64,000 nt of DNA from Cyanophyceae cyanobacterium (GCA_050331735.1 JBHJGN010000022.1:64001-128000); one strand, 5' to 3'; positions 41,871 through 52,294 are shown, counted from the first letter of the stretch. Numbers and translations: made by a program. The notes: generated by a model from the letters alone, not told the origin.

Positions 41871-42689
41871 TCGTTCAGTCAGTGCCGGGAAGCCACCCTA
41901 CCTCTAGATTGTTTACAGATAGCAGTATCTGATCCTACGATACAATCTCCACCGAACCCGGTGCCTTGAACGGTGACTTTTTCTGTCCACAGGTCTACTC
42001 AAACTCCCCCAACCTCAGCGTTTGCGCACGATGGCTTGTAGATACGGCAGCAGCGAGGCGAACAGAATCAGAATGGCAATAATCTCTAGTTGCCCCCCAC
42101 CTTAAGTCAATTAAAATTGGCTTCCCTTGCCAAGGATTGGGACTAGTAATTTCGGTAGATCATCCTGACTTTCCTAATTTCCTGTACTGGAATCTGAACC
42201 ACAAGATCGAGCAAGAATAAGGGAGTTAATTGGTTCATCTTTTATCCAATTGAAATTTCCGGCCTTCAATACAGAATGAAGAATATCTTTACCAAGTAAC
42301 AAACATCTGCTCTTGGGGAGAGTTGCTTTTGTTAAATACGTAAAAACCCACGCTAGTGCTGTCCGTTCAGTAAAAAAACAGGCCAAAAAAATTTGTCTTC
42401 TCAGATTTGCGTCTAGAAAAGCGATAGAAAAATATTTTAATAACTACAATTTTTAGAAAAAGTAGGTTTCGCTTTAAAACTCAGTTATTGAATTAGTCAG
42501 CTTCTCCTGCGTTCTTTGCAAAATTACTCATCCAGCGTTCGCCCTCAAAATCTCTCGATCGCCAACCGTAACTTACAGCGATCGCTCTAGCTAACTACAA
42601 GCTTGATTGGGAAGATTGTTAGTCTCCCCTTACAATAAAAACGGAGAAGCACAAAGTACTGAAGTGGGCAGCTATAGTTGGTAATTAAT

Positions 42690-43724
42690 ATGTCTTTGCA
42701 GCTCGGTCAGCTAGTTTACACTAGCTTCCCCGATATTGGATTCAAGCTGATTGCGAGTCAACAGGTTCCTCAGCAGCTTCAGCAGGTCTTTATGCAGTTG
42801 GTGTATCAGCATTGGGATGCCTACAATCCCCCTAGCTTTGACTATCGAGCCGCCTATCTTTATCAGTTTTCTTCGGAACAGTGCCTGTTTGGCTGGCTTT
42901 ACAACAACGGGATGGACGACTTTGGACGCTCTCATATCCCTTATTTTCTTTGTTACTATTTAGCAGACCCCCTGCATGCAGACCACCTTAACAGTATCTT
43001 TACGTGTTTACAAAAGGGACCAGTCGCCATCATAGACAGGCAGCCCTCATCTTCCCCTTTAATGCTGTCAGTTTCCCCAGCTAATTATCAGCCTGCGCGT
43101 CCGGGAGTTGCCATTATTCCCCAGATTCAGCGGCAATGCCATCAATCTCTTGAGCAGAATGAATTGCTTAACCTATTTGTTCCGCTCGATACTGCTGCTA
43201 AAAGTGGAGAGACGCAAGAGCAGAGCGACGCTCGCAGGTCGCTGACACCGCCAAGCACTATCAAAAAGACTATGACTACAGGCAAAATAGACGAGATCAT
43301 CAAAGAACTTTCCGCTAAACCAATCGGCATTCAGGGAGCAGTTTTAGTGTCTGCTGAAGGACAGCCAGTAACGGTTCCGATCGGCATGGACGAAAACAGT
43401 GCGCTGGTGATGGCGGGGATGATGCTCTATCTAGCTAGCAGTACCTGTGAGGAGTTTAACTGGCAAAAAATCGACAATATTTCGATTCGAGGTCAGGAAG
43501 GGTATGTTATTTTGACCTGCTGTACTGAAGATGTTTTTCTGCTGGTCAAGACCGGTAAAGGATTAGTGGGACTATTAGAAGGAGAGATTAACCGAACGGT
43601 GAAAAAGCTTCAGGTGTACTTCAGCGATGACGGGGATGCTAGCCAAGAAGCGTTGAGACTCAATGCTGAGGTCATTGCTGACGAAACAGATTTCGGGCAT
43701 AGAGGACGGAGAAATAGCTTTTGA
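42690..43724 (+). CDS. Protein with unknown N-terminal domain and C-terminal roadblock/LC7 domain
   Basis: C-terminal GIQGAVLVSAEG...ISIRGQEGYVIL...GLLEGEI is roadblock-like. Confidence 0.7.
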   Translation: MSLQLGQLVYTSFPDIGFKLIASQQVPQQLQQVFMQLVYQHWDAYNPPSFDYRAAYLYQFSSEQCLFGWLYNNGMDDFGRSHIPYFLCYYLADPLHADHLNSIFTCLQKGPVAIIDRQPSSSPLMLSVSPANYQPARPGVAIIPQIQRQCHQSLEQNELLNLFVPLDTAAKSGETQEQSDARRSLTPPSTIKKTMTTGKIDEIIKELSAKPIGIQGAVLVSAEGQPVTVPIGMDENSALVMAGMMLYLASSTCEEFNWQKIDNISIRGQEGYVILTCCTEDVFLLVKTGKGLVGLLEGEINRTVKKLQVYFSDDGDASQEALRLNAEVIADETDFGHRGRRNSF

Positions 43725-43760
43725 GCGCCGCAGGCGCAGGGGCAAGGGGGAAAGGAAATC
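43725..43760. repeat. Mini-hairpin/heptamer repeat directly after a stop codon
   Basis: GCGCC-GCA-GGCGC followed by a purine tract. Confidence 0.7.
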
Positions 43761-43803
43761 ACTACATAGCAATTCTCACACTGATGAGGTAAGACCCTAA
43801 ATC

Positions 43804-44571
43804 CTAGTTTTTGTTGACGGCTGATTGGTGATTGTTCCCGCCATAGTTTCTAGCCCAGGAACCGAAGAGATTAATCGAGTAACAAAAGCGATCGCCCCGA
43901 GAAATGGTTTCCCCGTGAACAACGGGTTGATTGTTGACTGTGTAGGCCGTATGGCGATAAACGAGAAGCGAATGACCCAGCGGTACTTCGAGATATTCGC
44001 TCATTTCCCGGTCGGCATTGCGGCATTCAATCATTGCTTCAACTCGTTCAATGACAATGTTGTTTTGCTCCAGAGTAGGAAACGTCATTTGCTGCTTTAA
44101 CTCTTCTGCTAAGGCGGCGCCAATTTCTGGCAGGATATAGGTAATGTCAACGCCGCTGGGAATTTGCTCCATGAGCAAAAGTTTCTTCTGTAGATAAGCC
44201 GTTGGTTGGTGAGCAGGAAGCTGGAGAAGCTTGCACGTGGATTGGGGAGGAGTTACTAGCTCAAATGAGACGGTAGAGAGCGCAAACTGAATTCCCTGGT
44301 TCGCCAAATCGTCGGCCAAAAATAATCCCGGATTGGAGAGATTGTAAACAGCTTTGTGGCGATCGGTTACGTATACGCCTTTGCCCTGATAAGCAATGGC
44401 TAGCCCCTGATCGATCAGATTCGCGATCGCTCTTCTAATAGTGATCCGACTCACCCGAAATTCTGAGATGAGCTGTTTTTCACTCGGCAATTTGTCTCCC
44501 GGTAAGTAATCGCCGCTGGTAATGCGATCGCGGAGTTGTTCAGAAATGCCTAGGTGAAGCGGTAACTGCAC
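43804..44571 (-). CDS. GntR-family (HutC/UTRA) transcriptional regulator
   Basis: LPSEKQL, VSRITIRRAI, QGKGVYV; C-terminal UTRA-like domain. Confidence 0.92.
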   Translation of the reverse strand: MQLPLHLGISEQLRDRITSGDYLPGDKLPSEKQLISEFRVSRITIRRAIANLIDQGLAIAYQGKGVYVTDRHKAVYNLSNPGLFLADDLANQGIQFALSTVSFELVTPPQSTCKLLQLPAHQPTAYLQKKLLLMEQIPSGVDITYILPEIGAALAEELKQQMTFPTLEQNNIVIERVEAMIECRNADREMSEYLEVPLGHSLLVYRHTAYTVNNQPVVHGETISRGDRFCYSINLFGSWARNYGGNNHQSAVNKN

Positions 44572-44601
44572 TAGCTTGAGCTTTTTGTTAAATTAGTTAC
44601 C

Positions 44602-44657
44602 AACTTATTATAACGAGCTGCTAAAATCTGGTTAAAGCTAACTTGTTATAACAAGTT
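44602..44657. promoter_or_regulatory. Two candidate GntR operators
   Basis: Perfect palindrome AACTTGTTATAACAAGTT (44640-44657) and degenerate AACTTATTATAACGAGCT (44602-44619) in the divergent promoter. Confidence 0.7.
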
Positions 44658-44675
44658 TTCAGGAATCATTCAATT

Positions 44676-45599
44676 ATGGTTAGCTCAGTCACAACGGCAT
44701 CAACAGCACCGCAATCGAAGCAACCCTTAACAGGACAGCAGCTCAGCTCTTTGAATGCTCAATCTAACAGGTTGGGCTTGCTCCAGCTAGCGAGTCACCT
44801 CAGCGTTATGGGAGTGAGTGGCTATCTGTGGTTCACGGCAGACGGATGGCTGAAAATCGCTGCTTTAATCGTTTATGGTTTTAGTCTAGCGATCCTGTTT
44901 GCTCCTCTGCACGAATGCTCTCATCGAACTGCTTTTGCTAATAACCGTCTCAACAACGCAGTAGCCTGGCTAGCGGGAGTGCTATCGTTTTATAACAGCG
45001 CTTTCTACCGTCGCTTTCATAAGTGGCATCATCGCTATACCCAAGTTCCTGGCAAAGATCCTGAACTTGGAGAACTCAGACCCAGCAACATTTGGGAATA
45101 CCTGTTAGTCATCAGCGGCGTACTCTGGTGGAGAGACAAGTTCAAAGGACATTATCGCATTGCCGTCGGCAATCTCGAAAATTGTCCCTACATCCCAGAA
45201 GCGGCACGAGATGAAGTCGTCAAATCCACCCGTCTACAGCTTGCGCTCTACCTTGGCGTTATCATTGTTTCGACAGCCCTCGGTCATCCTGGGTTCATCG
45301 TTTACGCCTGGTTACTTCCTCTGGCTGTTGGCCAGCCGTTTCTACGCTATATTCTCATGGCTGAACACACGGGCTGCACGACAGACAACAACTATTTCAC
45401 CAACACCCGTACCACCCTGTCTCTGTTGCCGCTGCGGTTGATGGTGTGGAATATCCCTTTTCATGCTGAGCATCATCTCTATCCGTCAATTCCCTTTCAC
45501 AAGCTGCCGCAGGCGCATCAGCAGTTAAGCACACATTTTAGGCACGTCGACTCCGGATACCTCAAAGTGCATCGGGATATTGCCGCTGGGTGGAAATAA
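44676..45599 (+). CDS. Membrane fatty-acid-desaturase-superfamily enzyme (MocD-like)
   Basis: His boxes HECSH, HKWHH, HAEHH. Confidence 0.85.
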   Translation: MVSSVTTASTAPQSKQPLTGQQLSSLNAQSNRLGLLQLASHLSVMGVSGYLWFTADGWLKIAALIVYGFSLAILFAPLHECSHRTAFANNRLNNAVAWLAGVLSFYNSAFYRRFHKWHHRYTQVPGKDPELGELRPSNIWEYLLVISGVLWWRDKFKGHYRIAVGNLENCPYIPEAARDEVVKSTRLQLALYLGVIIVSTALGHPGFIVYAWLLPLAVGQPFLRYILMAEHTGCTTDNNYFTNTRTTLSLLPLRLMVWNIPFHAEHHLYPSIPFHKLPQAHQQLSTHFRHVDSGYLKVHRDIAAGWK

Positions 45600-45604
45600 A
45601 CTCG

Positions 45605-46621
45605 ATGACGCGATCGCCCCATCGTTTGACGCTCAAAAACTTTCCCCTTCAGTGCGGTGTCGCTTTAGCAGAGGTTCAGCTAGTTTATCAAACCTATGGG
45701 GAACTGAACGCCGACAAAAGCAACGTCATTCTCTATCCCACGTCCTACGGAGCCCAGCACCCAGACATAGACTGGCTGATCCGCCCCGATAGTATCCTCG
45801 ATCCGAGCCGTTGGTTTATTGTTATTCCTAATATGTTCGGCAATGGCCTATCGAGTTCTCCGAGCAACAGCCCAGCCTGTGAGTTGCGACCAGGATTTTG
45901 GTTTAGCCATGTAGACAATATCCGCGCTCAGGAACAGCTCTTACAAGAGCTGAGAATTGACACACTTGCCCTCGTTTACGGCTGGTCGATGGGAGCGCAG
46001 CAGGCGTATCATTGGGGGGTTTTGGCGGGCGATCGCGTTAAACGGATTGCTGCTCTCTGCGGCACGGCTCGAACGACCGACCACAATAAAGTATTTCTGG
46101 AAAGTCTGCGAACTGCTCTCACAGCCGACCCCGCCTGGAACGGAACTCGTTTTGAAGGAGTTCCCGAGCGTGGCTTTCGCGCTTTTGCCCGTATCTATGC
46201 AAGCTGGGCTGCTTCCCAAGCGTACTACCGCCAAGGCATCTATTATCAGTTAGGCTACGAGTCTTTAGAGCAATATTTGATCCAGGGTTGGGAAGCCAAC
46301 TATCGCCAGCGCGATCCCCATAATTTGCTGGCGATGATCGATACCTGGCTGCGTTGCGATGTCAGCAATAACCCGACGTATCAGGGAGACTATCACCGCG
46401 CCCTCCAGTCTATTAAGGCACAGACGTTAGTGATGCCAGCAACAACGGATCTGTACTTCACTCCCGAAGACTGTCAGGCAGAAGCCGATTTAATTCCCCA
46501 TGCTAAATATCGCCCGATTCCTTCGATTTGGGGTCATCGAGCCGGTAATCCTACCCAGAATCCCGAAGATGAAGCGTTTATCAAAGCAGCAGTCAGGGAA
46601 TTGCTGCATCGTGACGTTTGA
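45605..46621 (+). CDS. MetX-like alpha/beta hydrolase / acyltransferase
   Basis: YQTYGELN, NMFGNGLSSSPS, GWSMGA nucleophile, DLYF, WGH. Confidence 0.85.
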   Translation: MTRSPHRLTLKNFPLQCGVALAEVQLVYQTYGELNADKSNVILYPTSYGAQHPDIDWLIRPDSILDPSRWFIVIPNMFGNGLSSSPSNSPACELRPGFWFSHVDNIRAQEQLLQELRIDTLALVYGWSMGAQQAYHWGVLAGDRVKRIAALCGTARTTDHNKVFLESLRTALTADPAWNGTRFEGVPERGFRAFARIYASWAASQAYYRQGIYYQLGYESLEQYLIQGWEANYRQRDPHNLLAMIDTWLRCDVSNNPTYQGDYHRALQSIKAQTLVMPATTDLYFTPEDCQAEADLIPHAKYRPIPSIWGHRAGNPTQNPEDEAFIKAAVRELLHRDV

Positions 46622-46933
46622 CCCGATCTGGGCTATTTTTTTATCCTTAGTACTGTATAGATTAGCTTATGCGGCGAACATCGATTGAAAAGTTCTGAGT
46701 GCTGGGTTTAGCAAGCTAAAAGTCAATAAAGTGGGGTTGGTCGAAACAAAACGCCGCTGTGCAACTTCCCCCATTTTTCGAGTGACTAATGCAAACATTT
46801 GTTACTGCTTCATCAATACCAGAAGCAAGTTGAATTTTTGCTTGACAAGTCATTTGTCACTCCATTGACTGCAAGATTTAAGGGAGAGAAAAAAGCGATA
46901 GGCTTGGAATATAGCTCATTCACTGAGAGGAAA

Positions 46934-47119
46934 GTGCCAGTGGACAAAGACAAACAAGCCAAAATTGCGGAACACGCTTACACCATCGCGGCGATACTTT
47001 ACATTTCCCAAATTAAGCAAGAGAAACTTTTACAACAGCAAAAAGAAGGAGCTATTCAAAGAGCCAAGCGCGATCGCTCCTTAGCCGATGATTGGCTTGC
47101 TCTTGAGGAAGAAGCATAG
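46934..47119 (+). pseudogene. Short ORF resembling the N-terminus of a cyanobacterial transposase
   Basis: DKQAKIAEHAYTIAAILY recalls ISKra4-type N-termini (from memory); inverted repeat upstream. Confidence 0.3.
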
Positions 47120-47241
47120 CAGCAAAGCGTAAGTCTATAAACCTTGTTTGTAGAAAATAGCTACATCAATGCTGGCAAACTCCGATATTCAAACTAGCCG
47201 GGGTTTAGAATTAAATGGACTTTCCTAAGGAACTCTAGTTC

Positions 47242-47811
47242 ATGAGATTACCTGTTCAGCCAACTTCAGTGCCTACCCTAGAAGAATTTTTACAGCTACC
47301 AGAAATAAAGCCAGCCAGCGAATACTTTGATGGGTCTATTTTTCAAAAACCGATGCCCCACGGAAAACATAGCCGATTACAAACTTGTTTATCCACCGCC
47401 ATTAATCAAGCAGGAGAATCTCAAAAATTAGCACTAGCGTTGACTGAATTGCGCTGTACGTTTGCAGGTCAGTCTATAGTTCCAGATATAGCTGTATTTG
47501 AATGGCAAAGAATTCCTCTAGATGAAAGTGGTCAAATTGCTAATCGGTTCTTAATAGCGCCTGATTGGATAATTGAAATTCTCTCACCAGAACAATCTGC
47601 AAACAAGGTGATTCGCAAAATTACATTTTGTCTTAGAAATGGTGCAAAATTGGGCTATTTAATCGACTCTGATGATGAATCGATTACAGTTTTTCAACCC
47701 GACCGATTACCAGAGGTAAAAGACCAGCAGGATGCAGTACCCGTATTAGATGTGTTACCCAACTGGCAACCAACCGTTGATGATGTTTTCAAGTGGTTGA
47801 GCTTTGTTTAG
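47242..47811 (+). CDS. Uma2-family (PD-(D/E)XK) endonuclease-like protein
   Basis: KPMPHGKHSRLQ, ELRCTF, VPDIAVF, PDWIIEILSP. Confidence 0.9.
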   Translation: MRLPVQPTSVPTLEEFLQLPEIKPASEYFDGSIFQKPMPHGKHSRLQTCLSTAINQAGESQKLALALTELRCTFAGQSIVPDIAVFEWQRIPLDESGQIANRFLIAPDWIIEILSPEQSANKVIRKITFCLRNGAKLGYLIDSDDESITVFQPDRLPEVKDQQDAVPVLDVLPNWQPTVDDVFKWLSFV

Positions 47812-47975
47812 TTTTCTAGAGTGCTAGCTGATCTATATTGGAGGCAAATTGCTTTAATTGTGATTACTGCCATCGCCAGTAGATTTCTCTGCTAGTTTCT
47901 GCGCGGCGGCAGATCCTAGCCATTTTTTGTTCCTTGGTGATCGCACTATTATAGAAACTGTAAAATTGAATGGCT

Positions 47976-48884
47976 CTAAAGTCGATTGAGCCTCGTCATT
48001 TCTTCAGAGTTTAGCGTCATAGAAGCAGCAGCGATGTTTTCTTCGAGGTGAGAAATTGTTGTCGTTCCCGGAATTAACAGAATATTCGGCGCGGTGTGAA
48101 GCAACCAGGCGAGAGCAACCTGATTGGGTTTTACTCCTTGATTTCGAGCAATATCCGCCAGGATTCCTTCGGCATTGGCTAACGGTGCGCCACGCTTTAG
48201 AGGATGTGCGCCTAAAGAACCATAGGGAATGAAAGCAATGTGATTTTGGGCGCAGTAATCTAGGCTATCTTGATTGGTGCGATCGCTGAAGCTAAAGCGA
48301 TTTTGCACCGAAGCGATGTCTATAATCCCTCTCGCTTCTTCGATTTGTGCGACGGTGACGTTTGAAATTCCTACATAACGAATTTTTCCCTCTTGCTTGA
48401 GCTGTGCTAAGGTGTGAACCGATTCAGCGAAGGGGACTTTAGGATCGGGACGATGAAGCTGGTAGAGGTCGAGGCGATCGCGTTTTAACCGTTTTAGACT
48501 CGCTTCAACGCTACGTCTGAGACTTTCAGGACGACCATCGGCTTGAATGTTATCGGGGGTAGGTTTGTTGATGCCTCCTTTAGTGGCAATCACTAAATCT
48601 TCTGGGTACGGATGCAAAGCAGAGGCAATGATTTCTTCATTGAAACCCGGACCATAGGCTTCGGCAGTATCAATCAAATTAACGCCCAGTTCAACGGCGC
48701 GGCGCAACAGTCTTTCTCCTGCTTCCCAGTCGGAATAAGGACCAAAGTTACCCGGTTGTCCGGTGAGTCTCATTGCACCGTAACCCAGACGGTTGACAAC
48801 TAAATCTCCACCGATAGCAAAGGTTTGAGAAACTGATGGTGTACTATTCATGGCTGCTGTGGTAAATGCTGTCGTAAAGTTCAT
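47976..48884 (-). CDS. Aldo/keto reductase
   Basis: LGYGAMRL, IDTAEAYG, IATKGG, DLYQLHRPD, GISN, IPGT. Confidence 0.92.
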   Translation of the reverse strand: MNFTTAFTTAAMNSTPSVSQTFAIGGDLVVNRLGYGAMRLTGQPGNFGPYSDWEAGERLLRRAVELGVNLIDTAEAYGPGFNEEIIASALHPYPEDLVIATKGGINKPTPDNIQADGRPESLRRSVEASLKRLKRDRLDLYQLHRPDPKVPFAESVHTLAQLKQEGKIRYVGISNVTVAQIEEARGIIDIASVQNRFSFSDRTNQDSLDYCAQNHIAFIPYGSLGAHPLKRGAPLANAEGILADIARNQGVKPNQVALAWLLHTAPNILLIPGTTTISHLEENIAAASMTLNSEEMTRLNRL

Positions 48885-49035
48885 GTCCGAAATTCCTCAC
48901 TAGTTTTTTCTAATTTCCTCTTTGCCTGTTACGAGTAGACAACTTGACATCTCCTGATGAATGTTTCAAAATCTGGATTGTTCTATTTGCTTAACGTTAC
49001 GCCACGTAAACTAATTTAGCAATAACTCAACAAAT

Positions 49036-49653
49036 ATGTCAACTGCCAAAGCCAAAACAGCTAAAACCTCTGTTACATCGGGGCGGGGAAGACCGCGATC
49101 GCCCGAGACTCGGGAAAAAATCCTCAAAGCCGCCTATGAGCTTCTTAATGAAGTCGGATTTATGGACTTGACCATTGAAGGGGTAGCCGCACGAGCCTCT
49201 GTTGGCAAACCGACTATCTATCGTCGCTGGAAGAGTAAGGCTGCACTGGCGATGGACGCTTTTCTAGAAGCCGTCAATCCAGAACTAGCTTTTCCTGATA
49301 CAGGTGCGGTTAGGGAAGATTTTCGCTTACAGATGCAAAAGCTCGTTGAAGTCATGAACAGCCCCAGAGGAGAAGTTCTAGCCACCGTCATTGGAAGCGG
49401 ACAAGTGGATGATGAGTTGATGGCATCTTTTAGAGATAATTGGCTCACTCCGAGAAGAGAAGATGCGAAACAAACTTTGCAAAGAGGAATGAAGCGAGGG
49501 GAGTTAAAACCAGACGTAGATGTAGAAGTAGCAATCGATGCTTTGTATAGCCCACTGTTTTATCGTCTGTTGCTCAAACACGCCCCCTTAACCGAGCCGT
49601 TTATTGATGAGTTAGTTAATTTAGTGATGGAGGGGTTGACAGCAGCGAGCTAA
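49036..49653 (+). CDS. TetR-family transcriptional regulator
   Basis: GRPRS, TIEGVAARASVGKPTIYRRW; divergent from the AKR gene. Confidence 0.93.
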   Translation: MSTAKAKTAKTSVTSGRGRPRSPETREKILKAAYELLNEVGFMDLTIEGVAARASVGKPTIYRRWKSKAALAMDAFLEAVNPELAFPDTGAVREDFRLQMQKLVEVMNSPRGEVLATVIGSGQVDDELMASFRDNWLTPRREDAKQTLQRGMKRGELKPDVDVEVAIDALYSPLFYRLLLKHAPLTEPFIDELVNLVMEGLTAAS

Positions 49654-49715
49654 GTTGTGCCCGAGTCAATGCACCCGAGAATCTCGTCGTCTTAATGCAG
49701 AAATATTAAAGGGGG

Positions 49716-50285
49716 TTAAATCTTGTCCCGGTCTAAGCCGATAATCACCCTGGCAGCCTCAGCTAAATTAGCCACAACGTGGTGAGGTAAGCGCTGGCGC
49801 GACAGCACCCACTCTGTCTCATTACCATTGTCGAGCAAAACAGTTCGACAGCCAGCCAGACGACCCGCCTCAACGTCATTGAGAATATCGCCAATGAACC
49901 AGGACTGAGATAGCTCAAGCTGATGCTCGTCAGCCGCTTGCTGAATCAGTCCGGGCTGTGGCTTACGACAGTGACAGTTAACTGCATAGTTAGCAACGCT
50001 GCCGTCGGGATGGTGGGGGCAGTAATAAAAGCCGGATAGAGAGGCTCCAGCATCTACGAGCAGCTCGTGCAGACGCTGGCGAACAGCGGTGAGGGCGGCT
50101 TCTGGAAAATAGCCGCGAGCTACCCCTGATTGGTTGGTAATAACGATCAGTTGGTATCCAGCGCTAGAGAGCGATCGCACTGCCTCCATCGCCCCTGCAC
50201 CCAAACAAATTTTGCTAGGATCGACGTTGTAAGGAACATCCTTAACCAGCGTACCATCCTTATCTAGAAACACGGCCCGATTCAT
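49716..50285 (-). CDS. gmhB: HAD-IIIA phosphatase, heptose-1,7-bisphosphate phosphatase-like
   Basis: FLDKDGTL, TNQSGVARG, YCPHHP..CHCRKPQPG, IGDILNDVEAG. Confidence 0.8.
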   Translation of the reverse strand: MNRAVFLDKDGTLVKDVPYNVDPSKICLGAGAMEAVRSLSSAGYQLIVITNQSGVARGYFPEAALTAVRQRLHELLVDAGASLSGFYYCPHHPDGSVANYAVNCHCRKPQPGLIQQAADEHQLELSQSWFIGDILNDVEAGRLAGCRTVLLDNGNETEWVLSRQRLPHHVVANLAEAARVIIGLDRDKI

Positions 50286-50378
50286 CTTAACCCTCGGCGT
50301 ATTGTCAGCTTACTCAGTTTCCGGCGAAACTTTGAGGGACAACTAGCAAACAGACTAAAGTGTGTAGAAGACCTAAGC

Positions 50379-50936
50379 TCAGGGGGAGCGACGTCTGCCA
50401 GCGAATCTCCCTAGAGCAAGCGCGACGGCTAAACCTAAACCTGTCGTCGGTTCGGGAACGGAAGTGGCAATGGTACCGATGCTAACGCGACCAAGAGGAT
50501 CTGTAAAGGCTGCGTCAGTTGACAAAATTTGTAGACTCGCTCCGTTAGCATTTGTTCCGACAAAATCGAGCGCCGTTAGGGTAAAATCTGCGAAAGTCAC
50601 TCTCGGAAAGACTGGAAACACAATATCGTCCTCGGCGGTAAAGTGTTCTTCATCAACAGTCAAAGAAAAATCATTAAGGCCCGCGAGAGCCCCCGGTACT
50701 GGAAAGTTAATGTCCTCAACGAAAAAGCTGATTCCTGGAGACACGACTCCACTGCCGGTGCTGTCAAGAAACAATTCATCGGTAGCAACAGCACCCGTGA
50801 AAGCTTGACCAGCTAAAGGACCATCGAAAAACGCTGCTGTAAATAAAGTCGTCAGAGTTGCTGCTTGAGAAGAGCCAGTTGCCACGAATCCAGCTCCTGT
50901 TGAAGCTACTAGCGTTAAAGTCAATAATCTATTCAT
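50379..50936 (-). CDS. PEP-CTERM sorting-domain protein
   Basis: Signal peptide (SQAA); C-terminal VPEP + hydrophobic helix + RRR. Confidence 0.88.
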   Translation of the reverse strand: MNRLLTLTLVASTGAGFVATGSSQAATLTTLFTAAFFDGPLAGQAFTGAVATDELFLDSTGSGVVSPGISFFVEDINFPVPGALAGLNDFSLTVDEEHFTAEDDIVFPVFPRVTFADFTLTALDFVGTNANGASLQILSTDAAFTDPLGRVSIGTIATSVPEPTTGLGLAVALALGRFAGRRRSP

Positions 50937-50990
50937 AATAAGCCCGAACTGACCTTGGGGATGCTGAAGGAGTAAGATAATATATCCGAG

Positions 50991-51022
50991 GAAGCCTACG
51001 GCTGTCGAGCAGCCGTGGCTTC
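50991..51022 (-). terminator. Hairpin between the RTX and PEP-CTERM genes
   Basis: GAAGCC(T)ACGGCTG / CAGCCGTGGCTTC stem. Confidence 0.5.
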
Positions 51023-51068
51023 TAAACGTGAAAATGTAGCTCAGTTAGCTCTGAGCTTTTTCTTTGTC

Positions 51069-51683
51069 CTAAAAGAGGACTGTCGAATTCGTTCTGGTAA
51101 CAACGTTGAGGCTGTCAGTCGCATCTAGTCTGAAGGCGATCGCGTTCTCAAATTCATCAATAGATAGCAGAGTAGTCCCGCCAACGTTGCTAACGCTGAC
51201 ATCGGTACTGCCGACAATCACGATGGAGTCGCTGCCCAAGTCGAAATCAAGAAGAGTATCTGTCTCTCCCTCAACAAATTGACTAGCAAAGAACTCGTAA
51301 ACATCAGCCCCTTCGCCGCTGATTGCTAAATCCGAACCTTCATTGCCAACGACAACATCATCGCCTGTACCGCCACGAACGATATCATCTCCGAAGCCGC
51401 CGAACACGAAGTCAGTTCCTCCAGCGCCATTGAAATTGTCGTTGCCCGCTCCCGCCATGAGAATATCTATCTCATTGCCGCCAACAGCAACGTCGTTCCC
51501 GTCAGAAATCTCGTCGCTGAAAATCAAGATGTTCGTTCCCTCTTCTTGTCCGGCTGCATAGACGCCACCGCCTTCTTGAGGTTCGTCAAAGAATCTTGCT
51601 CCCGCAAAGAAACTTTCAAAAAGCGGAGTCGTGCTGTCTTCAGCAAGAAGTTCAGCAGAAGGGCTGCCTATAGTTAATGACAT
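51069..51683 (-). CDS. Hemolysin-type (RTX) Ca-binding protein
   Basis: GGxGxD nonapeptides (AGAGND, GAGGTD, GGFGDD, GGTGDD, GNEGSD); AGGAG RBS. Confidence 0.85.
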   Translation of the reverse strand: MSLTIGSPSAELLAEDSTTPLFESFFAGARFFDEPQEGGGVYAAGQEEGTNILIFSDEISDGNDVAVGGNEIDILMAGAGNDNFNGAGGTDFVFGGFGDDIVRGGTGDDVVVGNEGSDLAISGEGADVYEFFASQFVEGETDTLLDFDLGSDSIVIVGSTDVSVSNVGGTTLLSIDEFENAIAFRLDATDSLNVVTRTNSTVLF

Positions 51684-52060
51684 TTTTAGGTCTCCTTAAC
51701 TTAATTAGCTCGGCCTGTTTAAGCCACTGTTAATTTAAATCTTTATTGGCGAATAAAGATGAAAATAAAATTAGAAAAAGGAGACAAATAACGTAATATT
51801 GCTAATTCTAAAAATAGCCAATGGTAGACAGTTTGATTTCGTCCCAAAAGACAAACTATAGCTCTCAGGAAAATTTAATTATTGTTGTCTTTACTCAATT
51901 GTGTTCCAGTTAACAAATGAAATAGCCCCAGATTTCCAGCTTAGAATGTGTTATGGCGGACCTTGCTGAATAAAACTATAGAGATGGCCGTGCTGAGTAT
52001 CGAGAAAAACACAGAACAGAACATGCACTCTTAGAATAGCTAATTAAAAAAACAATAGTT

Positions 52061-52150
52061 TTTCTCCAAAATCTTCCCGGAGAAGCTTATCTTTGGACAG
52101 CAGTCGTCATTTTTGGTTCTTCAAGCGCAGTTACAAAACGTTTGATATAG
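52061..52150 (+). pseudogene. N-terminal remnant of an EamA/DMT transporter
   Basis: LPGEAYLWTAVVIFGSSSAVTKRLI* aligns with IPSLAYLWIANIIFAASASVIRKLT of 23705-24751. Confidence 0.6.
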
Positions 52151-52294
52151 CAATTTTTACTTTGATGAGGTACGGTCATAAATCCTCGTTTTTGCTGATG
52201 GTTGTTTGCTGATGGGGAACTAGCATCCTTCCTGGTATACCTCACAGATTTGAGCAACGCTATACAACGCCTAAGATACCGAAACCGTTGTTAA

